From: Cheilinus undulatus
Taxonomy: Eukaryota
Reading direction: 5' to 3'
DNA: 64,000 nucleotides
NCBI RefSeq assembly: GCF_018320785.1
Contig: NC_054885.1
Span: forward strand, 15,045,132-15,109,131
The position numbers and the translations under genes were made by a program. The notes under the pieces are model-generated. The model searched no databases. It worked only from the letters and a program-made list of their open reading frames with translations, and was not told the origin of the DNA. This document shows, in pieces, positions 1 to 13,599 of this stretch (positions within the stretch are counted from its first letter, which is position 1; every line of letters starts with the position of its first letter).

Positions 1-359
1 CTGATCACACAAAAGTCCTGGGTCACTGCAAACGGGACTCAGACTGGGAGAGCGGTCACCTGGATATGAAGAGGAACAGAAAAGGTTTCAGATGCTAATT
101 TTAGATCTAAAGTAAGTTTGAAAAGATTGAATATTTAATCACTACTCTGCACACTAAGCTTCTCTCAGCTCCTTGTAATTCTTGCTTTCAAAAACATAAA
201 GACAAACTATTGATAAAAGACTTATTTCAATAGTCTAAGTTGAACAGCAACACAGGCGAGAAGAAATCAAGGAGGAAAAAGAGAGATGATAGCTGACCAC
301 AAGGTGAAAGGAGACTGGTTTTAGTTTTGAGTTACAGATTTGATCATCCATTATCTATA

Positions 360-700
360 TTGCTTCTCCCAGTTGGGGTTGCGGGGTTGCTTTAGCCAAT
401 CCCAACTGTCATTGGGTGAGAGGCGGGGTACACCCTGGACTGGTCACCGGTAAATCACAGAACTGACATACAGAGACAGACGAACACTCACGCTTGTACT
501 CACATCTATGGGCAATTTAGAGTCACCAGTTAACCAAAAGATCATGTTTTCTGTCTTTGGGAGGGAGCCGGAGTACACACAAACGCAAATACTCAGAAAG
601 GCTGTCTGACCAGGATTTGAACCAGGAACCTTCTTGCTGTGAGGCAAAAGCACAAACCACTACTCCCCCGTGCAGCCTCACTAGATTTAGTATCTGTAAC
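360..700. repeat. Interspersed teleost repeat, SINE-like (GGGTTGCGGGGTTGC...GGTACACCCTGGACTGGTCACC...GGATTTGAACCAGGAACCTTCTTGCTGTGAGGC)
   Basis: A sequence I recognise as very abundant in percomorph genomes, with a tRNA-like GGATTTGAACC segment. Confidence 0.55.
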
Positions 701-1379
701 TCCAGTTGTGTACAGACAAATGATGATGCATGATGTAGCTATAAAACAGAAGTCTGAACTATGACCATTATCAGGAATCACTAGAGAGCTTCCTGGAATC
801 ACCTTGAATGATTCCGTGATTTTCCGTGACTTCAATAGCAGGAGGAATATCCATGTTTGTTCCTCAGAGAGGAGAGAGTGAAAGTAAAGAGTTAAATGTG
901 GGCGAGAGGAACATCTGCAGGACATTAGGTCAGAGGACAGGAAGTGTCTGTAATCGACTGACGAACTTTATGTGTATGTGTGAGACAAACCTGATCTGGA
1001 CTCTGCAGGACTCTCTGAGGACAGAAAACTTTGATCTGTGGCAGCCATCTTTGCTGGACTCGGCTCCTGATATTTGTAAGAAAAACAAAAAAAGTATTTG
1101 TTAATATTATGTTAATCAATTTCTCCCACCTCTTTGACATTTACTACCAGTATAGTAACATTAAATATACTTTATGCAAAACAGTTATAATCAGATATTA
1201 AATCTACTTGTGTTTCCCAGCACAACCACAACTTTTCCTTTTTTAGCCATGAGGGCAAAGTGTCATGTTTTAGTTGGTTCTACTGATGATACACCGAGAA
1301 GTCAGCTGTTCATTTCAGTAAGGTATTTTCACAGCTTGTTTATGCTCAAATGTGAAGTGTTGCAACACCATGCAGTGAT

Positions 1380-2030
1380 TCCCAGCACAGAATCATGCCT
1401 GGTTTTAAAGCAATGCCACCTGAGGGCCTGAAGGTCACAAGCATCCAGTCTTTTGATGATACTATGTACTGTAGGTGGTAGGATATGCACAATTTCTGAA
1501 CATAATTTTTCACAGACGGATGAATGTCTGACCATTTTTACTTCTAAGAGAGTCTCTAGAATGCTCCCTTTATACCCAATAATGTTATGACCAGTTGTTA
1601 CTTAACCAAGTTACTTGCAAAGTTCTCCTCCAGCTGATTTTGGTTAGTATCATTTACTTTTCCAGCCTTTGGTTGCCCTGTCCCTACATTTTGAGAAGAG
1701 TTGCTGCCATCAAGTTCAAAATGAGCTCATATTTTTCATGAAATAGTAAAATGTCTCAGTTTAAACATCTAGTACGTTGCTTATGTTCTATTGTGAATAA
1801 AATAAAGGTTTGTGATGTTTGCAAAAAATTTTATTCTTTTTTTATTTACTTGTTAACAGCGCCCCAACTTTTTTGGAATTGAGGTTGAAAAATCAGAGGT
1901 ACTCTGAGGTGCGTATAGGTCTTGCTAGTGCTAATTTAGCAACCTCTCCATTTTCTGTAGCTGCAACCTTCTGTTCATTTGTAATCAATTCTGTCATAAA
2001 AAAAAAGCCAACTCCCAGTGCCGTTTAAAT
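1380..2030. mobile_element. Fragment of the same Tc1-like family (terminal block)
   Basis: Shares CATGCCTGGTTTTAAAGCAATGCCACCTGAGGGCC, GTTGCTGCCATCAAGTTCAAAATGAGC and CCCCAACTTTTTTGGAATTGAGGTTG with 13600-15600 and 54340-54640. Confidence 0.55.
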
Positions 2031-2104
2031 CAGGGATATTTACACCTCTGTGATGTTTCACCTTCAACATGGATATCACAGAAGTATAAAGAGAAACTTG
2101 ATAC

Positions 2105-2189
2105 CTGGGAGGTTACAGGCTCCACTTTACGTTTCTTCTTCTGGTTCTGTTTGTTGGTGCGCAGAAACACAGCCAGTTGATCACTCCAC
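2105..2189 (-). CDS. mprip: mprip exon 5 (GWSDQLAVFLRTNKQNQKKKRKVEPVTSQ)
   Basis: Acceptor CTCAG and donor GTATCA. The phase fits exon 4. The TNKQNQKKKRKVEP stretch is identical to human MPRIP. Further exons lie 5' of position 2105 or outside the window. Confidence 0.75.
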
Positions 2190-2269
2190 CTGAGAAAGGA
2201 TATTCATTATCACTGATGATGCCATTGATCTACTGACTGATTGATCCATAGACTCACTGATCTACTCAC

Positions 2270-2421
2270 CCATTAATGATCTCTTTACTGTCTCCTCTGA
2301 TAAAGACTTCCTGTTGTGGTGTGGTGATGCACAGAGCATTCTTCTGACCCGTCTTTGTTTCAGCATCGCTGACTTCAGAGCACAGATTCAGGTTTGTGGT
2401 CCCCTGAGGAAGAGTGCTGGG
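2270..2421 (-). CDS. mprip: mprip exon 4 (PSTLPQGTTNLNLCSEVSDAETKTGQKNALCITTPQQEVFIRGDSKEIIN)
   Basis: Acceptor CTGCAG and donor GTGAGT. 152 nt, ends in phase 2. Matches human PTTLPQGTINMNQCTDVVDGEGRTGQKFSLCILTPEKEHFIRAETKEIVSG. Confidence 0.8.
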
Positions 2422-2949
2422 CTGCAGGAGAGAAACAGGATTAAACTGTTTTGAAGAGTCAGACTGACAGACTGGTTTATGAGGAACAAATACTACACTA
2501 ACAGAGCATGAGCTTTTAGAGTGGAATAAAGGCACAGTGTGAGATTTAGGGGGATCACACAGTGGGGGAGGGGGGGTCATTACAGAGAAGGTTTGACCTA
2601 AATTATCCTCTGCAGTCTGCTCAGAACATGTGGCCTAAAGATCCTGCTGACATACAGATGCACATACAGAGCAAAATTCACATCACACTCCTGCACCATG
2701 TAAGAGTTTATTAGTTTAATACAAGCAGCAACATCTGGTGTTGAAAAGTGAAGGCAATGCAGAAGTGTAAAAGACTGCATTTCCTCAAGTGTCCACTTGA
2801 TGCTGGCTGCAGAAGCAAAATATGTCACATAAACACCCATGTTAACCTCACAAGACCCAGCATGCACACATAAGACCAGGGGATTTTGGTTCTCCTACAA
2901 CATAATTTCTGCTATTAGAATTATTAAGGCAAATCAAAATGTCCACTGA

Positions 2950-3760
2950 AGTTCAGGTAATTGCTTGAAATAGTGGAAGGATTTGATATTACATTTTCAA
3001 GAAAATTTTAGGGAATTTGCTTAGATATTTGGGGGAGTTTGCTTGAAGTTTTAAAGTATTTTCATGAAAATCTGGGAGATTTGTTTAAACATTCTGAAAA
3101 ACTTTTTGTAAGTTTTGGAATACATTTGCTTTGATTTTTTTTTTTTCTGTTTTTTTTTCTGTTTTTTTCTGTTTGTTTGTTTTTTTAAATTTGGGAAGTT
3201 GTTTGGGTGTTTGGAGGAGTTTGGAAGGTTGATATTTTTCCATGAAGATTTGATTAATATTTTTGTAATTCCTGGGTATTTGATTAAAATGTTTAGCTTT
3301 TTCTTCTTTTTTTTCTTTTTAAGTTATTTTCATCAAAATCTTAAAAAAAATTGTTCTTAAATTTGTGAGAATTTGATTGGGAATTTTCAAGAACTTCATG
3401 GAATTGAAGAGAATTTGTTTGGATATCTGGGGAAGTTTTGTGTAATTTTCATAATTTTTGGGCAATGGACCGTAAATATATGGATATCTGATCATGTTAT
3501 TTTAGGGGCGATTTGCCTTGAAATTTCTTGGAATTTGCTTAAAAATTTGCAGGAATTTACATGGAATTTTGGGAAAATGTTTCAGGAATGTTTAGACTTT
3601 ATGATAAAGCTTCACTAAAACAGGTTAATATTTAGAAATATTTGGGGTACTTTTTATGAAGAATTTTCATAAAAATTCAAGCCAATTTCTTTGAAATTTT
3701 AGAGAATTTGTGTTGATTTTGGAAAGGAAAGTTTTCAAGAAATTTTGAACTTTTGTTGGA
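2950..3760. repeat. Minisatellite / tandem repeat (~45-60 bp units of GGAATTTGCTTGAAATTTT...)
   Basis: Many degenerate tandem copies. They generate spurious poly-Phe ORFs such as 3115-3360. Confidence 0.6.
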
Positions 3761-4415
3761 ACAACAATAACAAAAAAAAAATGACTCAACCATAAATTTC
3801 TCAATAACTTACACCATTTCCTACTGACTGAAGACCCCCTGAGACTTAGCTCAGAACAGAGAACCAAAATGTATGCTTTAAACCTGATCCAGTGCTGTAT
3901 TTTCAGCAGAAACAGGACCCTCAAGATTTGTGGATTTCATTTTTGGTTATAAATAATTCCTGTTCAAAAACGGGCCATTTTTATCCCAAAAAAAAAAAGT
4001 TTAGAAAAAACTTAAAAGCATCCCAAACAAAAGCTAAGGCTTCAGGGGGTTAAAATAATATTTTTCATCCTAGAAATAAAAACGTTTTCAGCACAGTTAA
4101 AAAAAAAATATGGTCAGAAAAGTTCATGTTCTTGTGGGCACACATTGTAAGGACACAAGATTTGCTTAATGGGGGAAATAGCTAATAAAACATTAAGCCA
4201 GCACATCTATAGCTGTTTGTTAGGAGGCCTCACCTCCAACTCTTGTCCTGTTTCAACTGATCTAAAGCTAGTTTGAGATGTTTTTTTTTGTGTGGCTGCC
4301 ACCTTGGACTGGCTTCAAAAGCCCTGTTTGGTTCACTACTTTCTAGAGTCTATGGTTCTATGAAACCTGACAAGTTTCTGTTCATCTTATGTGTGCTTTA
4401 GTTTCAGTTTCTCAC

Positions 4416-4481
4416 CAGTTCATCCAGTGCAAAGCTCAGTCTTCCATCTTCATATAGGATGAAGAAGCGTCGCTGCCATTT
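4416..4481 (-). CDS. mprip: mprip exon 3 (KWQRRFFILYEDGRLSFALDEL)
   Basis: Acceptor GACAG and donor GTGAGA. 66 nt. Matches human KWQRRFFILYEHGLLRYALDEM. Confidence 0.8.
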
Positions 4482-4583
4482 CTGTCATACAAGAAATAAA
4501 ATCACAGCAGAAGAAAAAAAATTATACTAAAAGCAATATAGTGTATTCACATATATTTTGTATATGAGGGTTAAGCACCGTAC

Positions 4584-4661
4584 CCTGGACCTCTGTATGG
4601 GGTTTTCAAAGTCTGTCCCTTCAGGAGCCAAACACAGCCAGCCTCCATACACTGGCTTTAC
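4584..4661 (-). CDS. mprip: mprip exon 2 (VKPVYGGWLCLAPEGTDFENPIQRSR, PH-domain start)
   Basis: Acceptor CTGCAG and donor GTACGG. Phase 0, 78 nt. Matches human AKPIYGGWLLLAPDGTDFDNPVHRSR. Confidence 0.8.
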
Positions 4662-6129
4662 CTGCAGAGAAATAGGAAGTCATCATGGTTGGTTACACGA
4701 CTAGCGTACAGAGCTAAATAAGTAAAAGAACAAGCCACATATATTTTCTTTCTAAACAGATTTCACTAGGCACAAGGTGACAGCTTAACACTTCTATTTA
4801 TAAGGAAATCAGCTTTGCAAAAAAAAAGAATGGAGAAAATAAAAACCAGAGAATATGAATGAAGGGGGAGTTTTCTATTTTCTCTTGTGTTCTCTTTGCT
4901 GTGTAAAGTTGCACCTATTACATTTGTGCTTTGTTTGTTCGGGGGCTATAAGGGTCTATGCAGCAGGAGAGATGACTTCAGCGATGTAACTACCTGTAGC
5001 TTGCATGCAAGGAGCCTGAGTCTGGTGAATGTGCCGATGCTGTTTGGAGGGCCATATAGTAGAGAGGGTGAGATAAGGGATGTCGTGTTGGCTTGATGGG
5101 CAGTGGGAGCTAGGATGGAGGAGGATGGCTCTGCAACGCCAGCGCTATCTGTTAAGTGAGATGAGGCGGGACTAACTGAACAGACCCTTTAGTATCACTG
5201 TTTTATTGCAGGGCACTGGTCTGCGCAGTTCTGTTGCGGTTGCTAATATTAGGGACGTAATTGGGGTAAAGGATTTCATTACAGAGCTCTTATCATTCAG
5301 TAGGGCACAAGTATTTTGTGTTTATTTCACATTAAATAAAAAAGGCATATTTTTCACTATTGTGTGGGGGAAAAAATGATTATTTTTGCATTTCTGCATG
5401 AAAAAACTCAGATTTATTTTCTGACATTATTTATCAATTATTTAATGAAACAGAAAGTTGTAAAGCTGTATCTATTTAGTCAAACTTTTGGAAAAAATGG
5501 CAACTAAGTTTTCATTCCCTCCCTTTAACAGAGGAACAATTGCAACTCTGATTTCCACAAATAGACCATAATCCACACAAGAACACTGGAAATACAGCAG
5601 AAACTATAAGTTGTATTCATTTAGCAAAAAGTCATTCCATAGACTGGACCATGTTGTAAAAAACCTGGTTCAGGTCTTCAGGTTGAGCAACACTGAGCAT
5701 AAATTACAGGGCAGAGAGAGCCAGGCAGCACTCACAATAATAACACAGTAATAACATGTGAACAGAGGCATGTATAAGAGATGTCATGATTGATCATGTG
5801 ATCATAGCAGACCTGCAACAACAAGGTTTTAGACAGGAACCAGACCGTCTTTCAACATGCTTCACAACATATATGGATGATTCAATTTTGCATTTTCACT
5901 GAAACAACTAGTAAAATCCAGATGTTGGGATATTTGTTGGGGTCTTTACAAGGGATGCAGCGCATTCCTGATTTTTAACTTTTTGCATATTTTTCACACT
6001 TAAATCATCAAACAAATTTAAATATAAAACAAAGATAACCTGAGTAAATATAAAATGCCATTTCAAAATAATGATTTTAATTATTAAGACTATTTTATCA
6101 AAAGTCTTGGGGATCATCAAAATGTTTTT

Positions 6130-6720
6130 TTGCAAATGTGAGATACATCTTTGTGTTCTTTTTGGCTATTTTCGCCTTGGACCTCCCATGGATGCCATTT
6201 TTGCCCAGTCTCTTTCTCATTCTTGAATCATGAACACTGACCTTGACTGAGTCCTGCACGTCTTACGATGTTGTTCTGGGTTTTTTTGTGACCCCCTGCA
6301 TCATTGATGCATTCCTGGAGCACTTTTGGTAGGCCAGTCACTGCTCCAAGTTTTCTACATTTGTGGATAATGGCTCTCACCTGGGGTTCGCTGGAGTCCT
6401 AAAGCCTTAAAAATGTCTTCGTAACCCTTTCCAGAATGATAGATGTCTGTGACTTTGTTTCTCATCTGTTCTCGAGTTGCTTCATTTTGTGGCATGATGG
6501 TGTGGTGTGGCATGTGAAATTGAACTAAAAAATGTGGTGAATCATGGTTGATTCATTATTTAACAAGGGCAGGTAATCCCTTTTCACATGCAGAGTTGGT
6601 CTGGACCAAAGAGAACAGGATCCTTTTTTTTGACAGTATCTTAAGGGTGATATGATCACCTAGATAAACTGCTACCTCTACAATCAGCACTGTGACTGTG
6701 CCTCTGGAAAAAGAAGGTCT
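6130..6720 (-). mobile_element. Tc1-like fragment in mprip intron 1 (minus-strand transposase N-terminal paired-like domain)
   Basis: The reverse-complement translation contains ...LGKNGIHGRSKAKIAKKNTKM... and a helix-turn-helix region. It is interrupted by stop codons. Confidence 0.6.
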
Positions 6721-7379
6721 TCAGGTAGTTAAACTTCTCTTGAGTAGCTATTTACATTTCATGTTACTCTACACTTCAGAATAACAGCTCTGTAGAGAAA
6801 AGTTCAGCTTGAATCTTTTAGATTTGCACTAATCTCAGCCTTTACAATGTATTTGGGCCCATCTTTACCTTGTAAACTGCACCCTGGGAGCTTAAAATGT
6901 AGCTGAATTGACACAAACATACAGGACAGTGGAAAGCAATGACTAATACAGATAAAGGCAACATATATGAGCAAACTTTTAAAATTATCCATTCTTTTAA
7001 GGGCATAAAAATGCTCCAATACTTAAAAAAAAGTTTTTAAGTCAGTTTAGGATACTCATATTACAAAAAACATTTTGGCATTTAAGTTTAGAGTGTTTTT
7101 GCTTTATTATTTCAAAATAAAGGCTTAAGCCTGCAGTTATTTTAGAAAAAGTATCCGTGGTATAAGCAGAGGAAAACTACATCTATTTAGGATTTAAATA
7201 CTAAAACACAATCGAAAACGCAGGTTGAGAAACGCTGCTCTGTGTCGTAGAAAAATAGCTTTATTTAAAATAACTTCGCCACCTCATTTGTCCAGACGTC
7301 ACAAACGGGCAAAAATGTGGTCCTAACTGTTAAAGACTCCTCTTCTCTGTCATATTAATACATTTTAGTTTTACCGTAC

Positions 7380-7505
7380 CTGCTCCATGTCCAGGTCGTT
7401 CAGCAGATGAAGCTCTCGGGGTTTGAAGCAGTTCTGACATTTACTTTTGTTAAAAATATTCGCTTGGAATTTGTTGCACGGGCTCGTCGCCCTGTCGGTC
7501 GACAT
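7380..7505 (-). CDS. mprip: mprip exon 1 (MSTDRATSPCNKFQANIFNKSKCQNCFKPRELHLLNDLDMEQ)
   Basis: Minus-strand ORF; ATG is the reverse complement of 7503-7505. The CxKFQANIFNKSKCQNCFKPRExHLLND motif matches my recollection of the human MPRIP N-terminus. Donor GTACGG lies after MEQ. The upstream part of the track ORF starts at TTG, not ATG. Confidence 0.8.
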
Positions 7506-7720
7506 GTTTTCGCCGAGGGAGGTAGCTCCTCTGCCGGGTAAAATTCCAACACACACCGCTGTCCTCTTTCGGGTCTCCTCATTCAGTGAAGCGGGACATC
7601 CCAAGTAACATCTGTCAAGGCAGCGCGAGCTCAGAGATGAGTGACTGCTGGCGTCACGGACGCGGTATCTGACGTAAGAACATCCGGTTATAGCCTACAA
7701 AATAAAGGTGGCAACAAGTT
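7506..7720 (-). promoter_or_regulatory. mprip: mprip 5'UTR and core promoter with a CRE-like TGACGTAA (7670-7677)
   Basis: GC-rich sequence immediately 5' of the start codon. Contains TGACGTAA and GCGTCA half-sites. Confidence 0.4.
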
Positions 7721-9389
7721 TTCTTTTCCTAAAGTAAATAAATAATTCAAATAATACATTGCATATTATCGATATTAATTTGGGAGACAATTCTACTATT
7801 AACTTCAAACTTGTTGAACATGCTTTTGACCAGCCATGTATTAAATAAACTGTTTAAAGTACCATTTATTGTATTTCTTCCTATTGTATTTGATTTTATT
7901 TTAGGCATTTTTCAAAAGTTGAAGGGTTGATTTTTCATTATTTTAATTCAGTATTTTTTAAAAATTTCCAAATGAATAAGTAATGGTGTGAATTTTTGTT
8001 TTCATATCCCATCATATATGTAACAATTTCCATTTCTTTTATCATTGATTCTGATGGTATTAATCATTATGGTGTTATTATGTGCCATTCTTATGTTAAA
8101 TGTAGAGAAGCAGGTTCCCACTGTCTCCATTAGAGGGTAGCAGACACTCAGTATTCTCACAAACATATTGTTAACTTTTTTAGAGCCTTTAAAGACCTAA
8201 TAAAGAAAAATTAATGCCGCTTTTGGCAAAGCAAACTGTCAAAAATTAGAGATTTCTCAGTACACAGAGTACTGATTTGATTTACTGAACTGTTTGTTAC
8301 CGTTTATAAATGGTAAGGCATTTAATTTTTTAGTCATTAACACTCAAACTGGATGATTAATCAAAACATGGACAAGCGTTATAAATCAAAAACATTGGTT
8401 AAAATCAAATGAATAACACTAGAAACAAAGCCTGGATAAAGACATATCTTAATCAAAGTGGCATCTAAAATGTAAGACCTCTTACAAGAAAAAAAATGGC
8501 CTTAAATTTCAGAAGTCCAAATTAAGATTTGTAAGACTTTTCATGGATCTTAGGAACCCATTTTCAACATAAACTATCAGGGAAAAAAAAAACTTTTGAA
8601 AACAACAGGTTTCTGTTTTATCACTTAGAAATAAAACAGACGAAATATCCCAAATAAATAATCCCACACAGACAAACAGTAAATGCAAGCTTTTATTAAT
8701 TTTGATGGCAGTGGCAGGGGTTTTTGGCCATCCATAAAATGTATAAAATACAGAGCCTGCTTTTTCTTCTTTGATTTGTTCAACTCTTGTATACAGCTTT
8801 GTTTGTTTTGAACTAAACACATTGTATGCTGCATCTGGTGATCACGGTAGTCCAAATCTAACATCCTAATGTAAGTAAGTGTTAAAATACTGTTTATATT
8901 TGTTCCTGCAATTTTCAAGAAACAGAAACATAATTTCAGAATAAATTCATCATTTAGTGTTAAAATATTTTATTCACAGACGCAAGTCTATCACACAAAG
9001 TATAAAGCTTTTATATATAACTCAGTATACTATCTACAAAACTTAAAGGTGCATTTTAACATGTACATATCTACTTTATTTTTTTAAATTTGACTATAAG
9101 ACAAATTAGATTTTTGAGTCTGTTATTGATAATAAATGACTGTTATAAATAACAATGGCTGATGACTATAATATAAGCCCCATCCCTCAGTTGAAGTTGT
9201 TGTGGCTGTTATCAGTTTTCAAGCAGCAGATTCTGTGAAATTAAATGAAGAAAGTTTTAGATTTACCAGTTTGAATGAGTCTCAGTTTAACATATTGTAC
9301 CTGATTACAAAACAATTGATAAAGCTGAGTAAACAGTCTGCTTAGGGGAAAAAAAAGCTTTTCCTCCATGAAGACATTCTGACGTAGAA

Positions 9390-9670
9390 AGCATAGCTTA
9401 GGTAGCTCTGTTAGCTGCATAAGCTACAAAGATAACATAGCAATTTAGCTAATGCAGCTAAAGCTAAGTTTACAAATAAAGCTTATTTCACAAAGCAGCT
9501 ATCTAAGCTACATAGATACATTATCTGTGTAGCTATGTTAGCTGGAAATAAGTTTGCTAAAGCTCACACTGCTAAAGCTAACTTAGCTATATTGGCTTAT
9601 GTAGCAATGTTAATTATGTAGCTAACATAGCTATGTCAGTTTTAGCTAAAGCCAACACAGCTAAAGGGAG
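9390..9670. repeat. AGCTAA/TTAGC-rich satellite-like tandem repeat
   Basis: Dense reiteration of AGCTAA, GCTAAAGC and TAGCTATG. Related tracts are at 9890-10290, including (TAGC)6 at 10193-10216 and (GTTTT)n at 10390-10425, at 32090-32300, and at 37960-38010. Confidence 0.5.
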
Positions 9671-10376
9671 CCACTGTTTTGTAATGAACATGTAAGAAAT
9701 GTTTCTTGGTCCGTAATGTTTGTAATATGGTTATTTCCTGGATGTAACAAAGGGACTTTGTGTATGAATACAGTTGAATTAAAAATAAATAAATAAAAAA
9801 AACTGGAAATATGTTCTACCGGTAAATTACGGCACTTCCTTTCTGAGATAAACCATGTCTCAGATTAAACAGTCTGCAGACACCTATCGTTAGCTTTAGC
9901 CTGGTAGCTTCCAGATCACTCTACATAGCTGAAAATATTTAACAGCAAACACATGAGCTAACAAAGCAGGAAATTAAAAAAATAAAAATAGTGCTGCTTT
10001 TCTGCAGATTACAGCTGGGAGCTCCCTGATTGAAGGAACAAAAGTATTAACTTTTTTGAATGCCAACCGTAATCTTTTGGTATGTTTTCTTACATAACAT
10101 TAGCTTAACTTGCTAGCTGATTAAAATCCTTGCAAAAGGGAAAAAATTGCTCCAAATGTTGGCCTTAGCATTAATAGGGCCAACTTCACACCTAGCTAGC
10201 TAGCTAGCTAGCTAGCTGACCAACTAGCATTCATGCTATAATTAGTTGTAAAGTCTTGACAATCTAGCTACTTCAGGAAGTAATCAAAGACTACAGTAAA
10301 TTATTCTTAGCCATCTTATCATCCATTCTTTGGATTTACAGCATTTGAGATGAGATGAGGTCCATGTTGTCTGTTA

Positions 10377-10382
10377 TTTATT
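10377..10382 (-). terminator. u2af2: candidate u2af2 poly-A signal (AATAAA on the minus strand)
   Basis: TTTATT on the plus strand, about 645 nt 3' of the stop codon. Other candidates were not excluded. Confidence 0.3.
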
Positions 10383-11024
10383 GTTTTTTTTTTTGTTTTG
10401 TTTTGTTTTGTTTTTTTGGAGCCACAGGTTAGAATATTTGGCCATATTTTCTTCATATTTTGTTTGGTTTTGTCAGCTGATTTAACTTTTGCTGTTCAGC
10501 GGGAGGGGTTACAAAACAATCAACAGCCATAGAGTGTGAGATTTTTTTAAAAGATGTAAAAAATAAAAATAATTTTGAATGTCTAAGCAGTACTGGTTAT
10601 AGCATCCTATATTTAAGTAACATTAATATTTAAAGAGGGACTTATAGAGGGAATAGTTTTTTCAAAAAATAAATACATAAATAACCTTTTTTTCTCTTAG
10701 AGAAATAAAGTTTGTGCTCAGGAGGAAGATTCTAAACATTTGACTGTTTTTTCTCATACAGTGCATTCTTTATAAACAGATACTGTGTGTTACTGTCAGG
10801 CAGTATTACTTCAGGTTTAAGTAAGATACATGTCACATTCATTCTACAACAGAAGTCAATAATACTAAGTATTTTTTAATCAGTACATGTTTACTGTGTA
10901 TGAGGCTGAAGCTGGGAGTTAGATATTCAGGACTGAGACACATCGCAGTCCAGTTTGTGAAGTAGTTCAAGTCTTTTAGAGTCTCTCTGGACTTATTCAC
11001 AATAAGCACAGACTGGCCTGCGCT

Positions 11025-11225
<201 letters not shown>

Positions 11226-11327
11226 TTAAGTCTTCTGCCATAAGTGAAGGCTTGTATGGAATTTAATGAGGAATGTTAACTTTGAAGAAACTTGGTCAAA
11301 CAGAAACACAGCCTTAACACACAACTA

Positions 11328-11738
<411 letters not shown>

Positions 11739-11741
11739 TTA

Positions 11742-11990
<249 letters not shown>

Positions 11991-12306
11991 CTAGGTCATA
12001 AACCGAGCCTCCTTTAAACAGACGGGACATGTGATGTTCCAAAGCAAATCCAGTTAAACAAGAGGGGTCTAGCAGACTGTGCATCTGTTACTCCGGATTA
12101 GCAGACTTGAGGTTTCTGCTTTGGCGTTTTATTCGTCAGTTAAATCTGTGCTCCTGTTTTTTAAAAGGACTGTGGTTTCACCAGCCAGACATCTTGGTCC
12201 GTCTTAGCTCTAAATTACAATATGTCTGCACTCATGAAAGGGGTATTCTGTCTTCGCTTTTGTACAACAGAGGCAGGCAGTCCATATGAAGAAACAGTCA
12301 ATGTCA

Positions 12307-12441
<135 letters not shown>

Positions 12442-13599
12442 CTACAGAGAAGAGTCAGACAGAAACATCTGAGAGGGGGAGCTACAGTAAACAGGTTTAC
12501 AAAATACAATCTCATTCTAATTGTTGCATTATTTCTATTAAATAACATGAAAATGTGTAAAAAAATAAAACAAGAAAAAAAATTATAAACTTAAAGAAAG
12601 GATTTTCGGGTGTTTTCTTTATTTGTTGATTCTGAATAAGAGGACAGCAAAGACAAAAATCTATTTTGATAGTTCAGGGAAGAAATGAAGGAGTGAAATT
12701 TGATAATGTTTATTTGAGCTACAGAAGAAATACTTCACAGTTTTTTAAGTCACAGATATCCCTATGTCAAATAATAGGCAAAAGAAGAAATATCCTCTTA
12801 TCAGAATTTTGGAAAATCTTTGTGACAAACTGAACAGTAAAAAAAGGGAAATCATCTCATTTTGATAACATTATTTTACTTTTATTAAACAGCTAAATAA
12901 AATGTTTCTTACCCTTACAATAAAGTTGAAAGAACCACCACCATCAACAACAACAACACAACAACAACACCACCCTGTTTCTTAGTGATTAGGTCTATAG
13001 CCAGAAATCCAAGGGACCCTGAACGCGCTCCAAAGCATGATGGGAAAGAGAGCAGCCAGAGGAGGCAGCGGGCTGAAGGAGTGTGTCCCTGCGAGGACAG
13101 AGTGTCTTACTTGCCTTGTGTTACATGTTGGCATGGCAGCAGTAGATGAGAACTACTGAACAAACTATGAGCGCAGACTTAACGATCTTACGGCCCCTAG
13201 CTGGGGACAAAGTGGGGGAACAAAAATGAAAGATCTGTGAGTATCAATGCAGATCCAGAGACTGCAAGAATTCAAAATAAATAAAATAAATGAGTCAGTG
13301 AATGAGAAATATTTGATAAATATAAAAGACATCAAGCCTAAGGTGCTCTAATGTGACAGGATGACAGTTTGGATTTAATTCACTGTTAAACAGAGAAAAT
13401 TCTTATTCTGCTGTCCTGAAAGCTCAGATGGATGTGGATCTGATTGATTAATTGATTGTACTGATTGATTTTGTGATTCCCAAAATGGAGGGAGCACACC
13501 CTAAGGCAGTGGTTCCCAACTTTTTTCCTTAAAGTCTCCCCTAATAGTACAGAAAAAAACCTGAGCCATCCCCAGACACATGGAGGAAAAAGTGATGCA

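Noticed and set aside
1-300. Possible next mprip exon at the window start (reverse complement ...CATATCCAG|GTGACCGCTCTCCCAGTCTGAGTCCCG..., Ser/Pro-rich)
   Set aside because: No reading frame is both open and in phase with exon 5. It cannot be supported without more sequence or transcript data.
3115-3618. Poly-Phe ORFs (MEYICFDFFFFCFFFCFFL...)
   Set aside because: They are generated by the minisatellite at 2950-3760.
7506-7604. In-frame N-terminal extension of mprip exon 1 shown in the ORF track as MGCPASLNEE..., which looked like a myristoylation/palmitoylation motif
   Set aside because: The first codon of that track ORF is TTG (the reverse complement of CAA at 7602-7604), not ATG. The real start is the ATG at 7503-7505, which aligns with the human MPRIP Met1.
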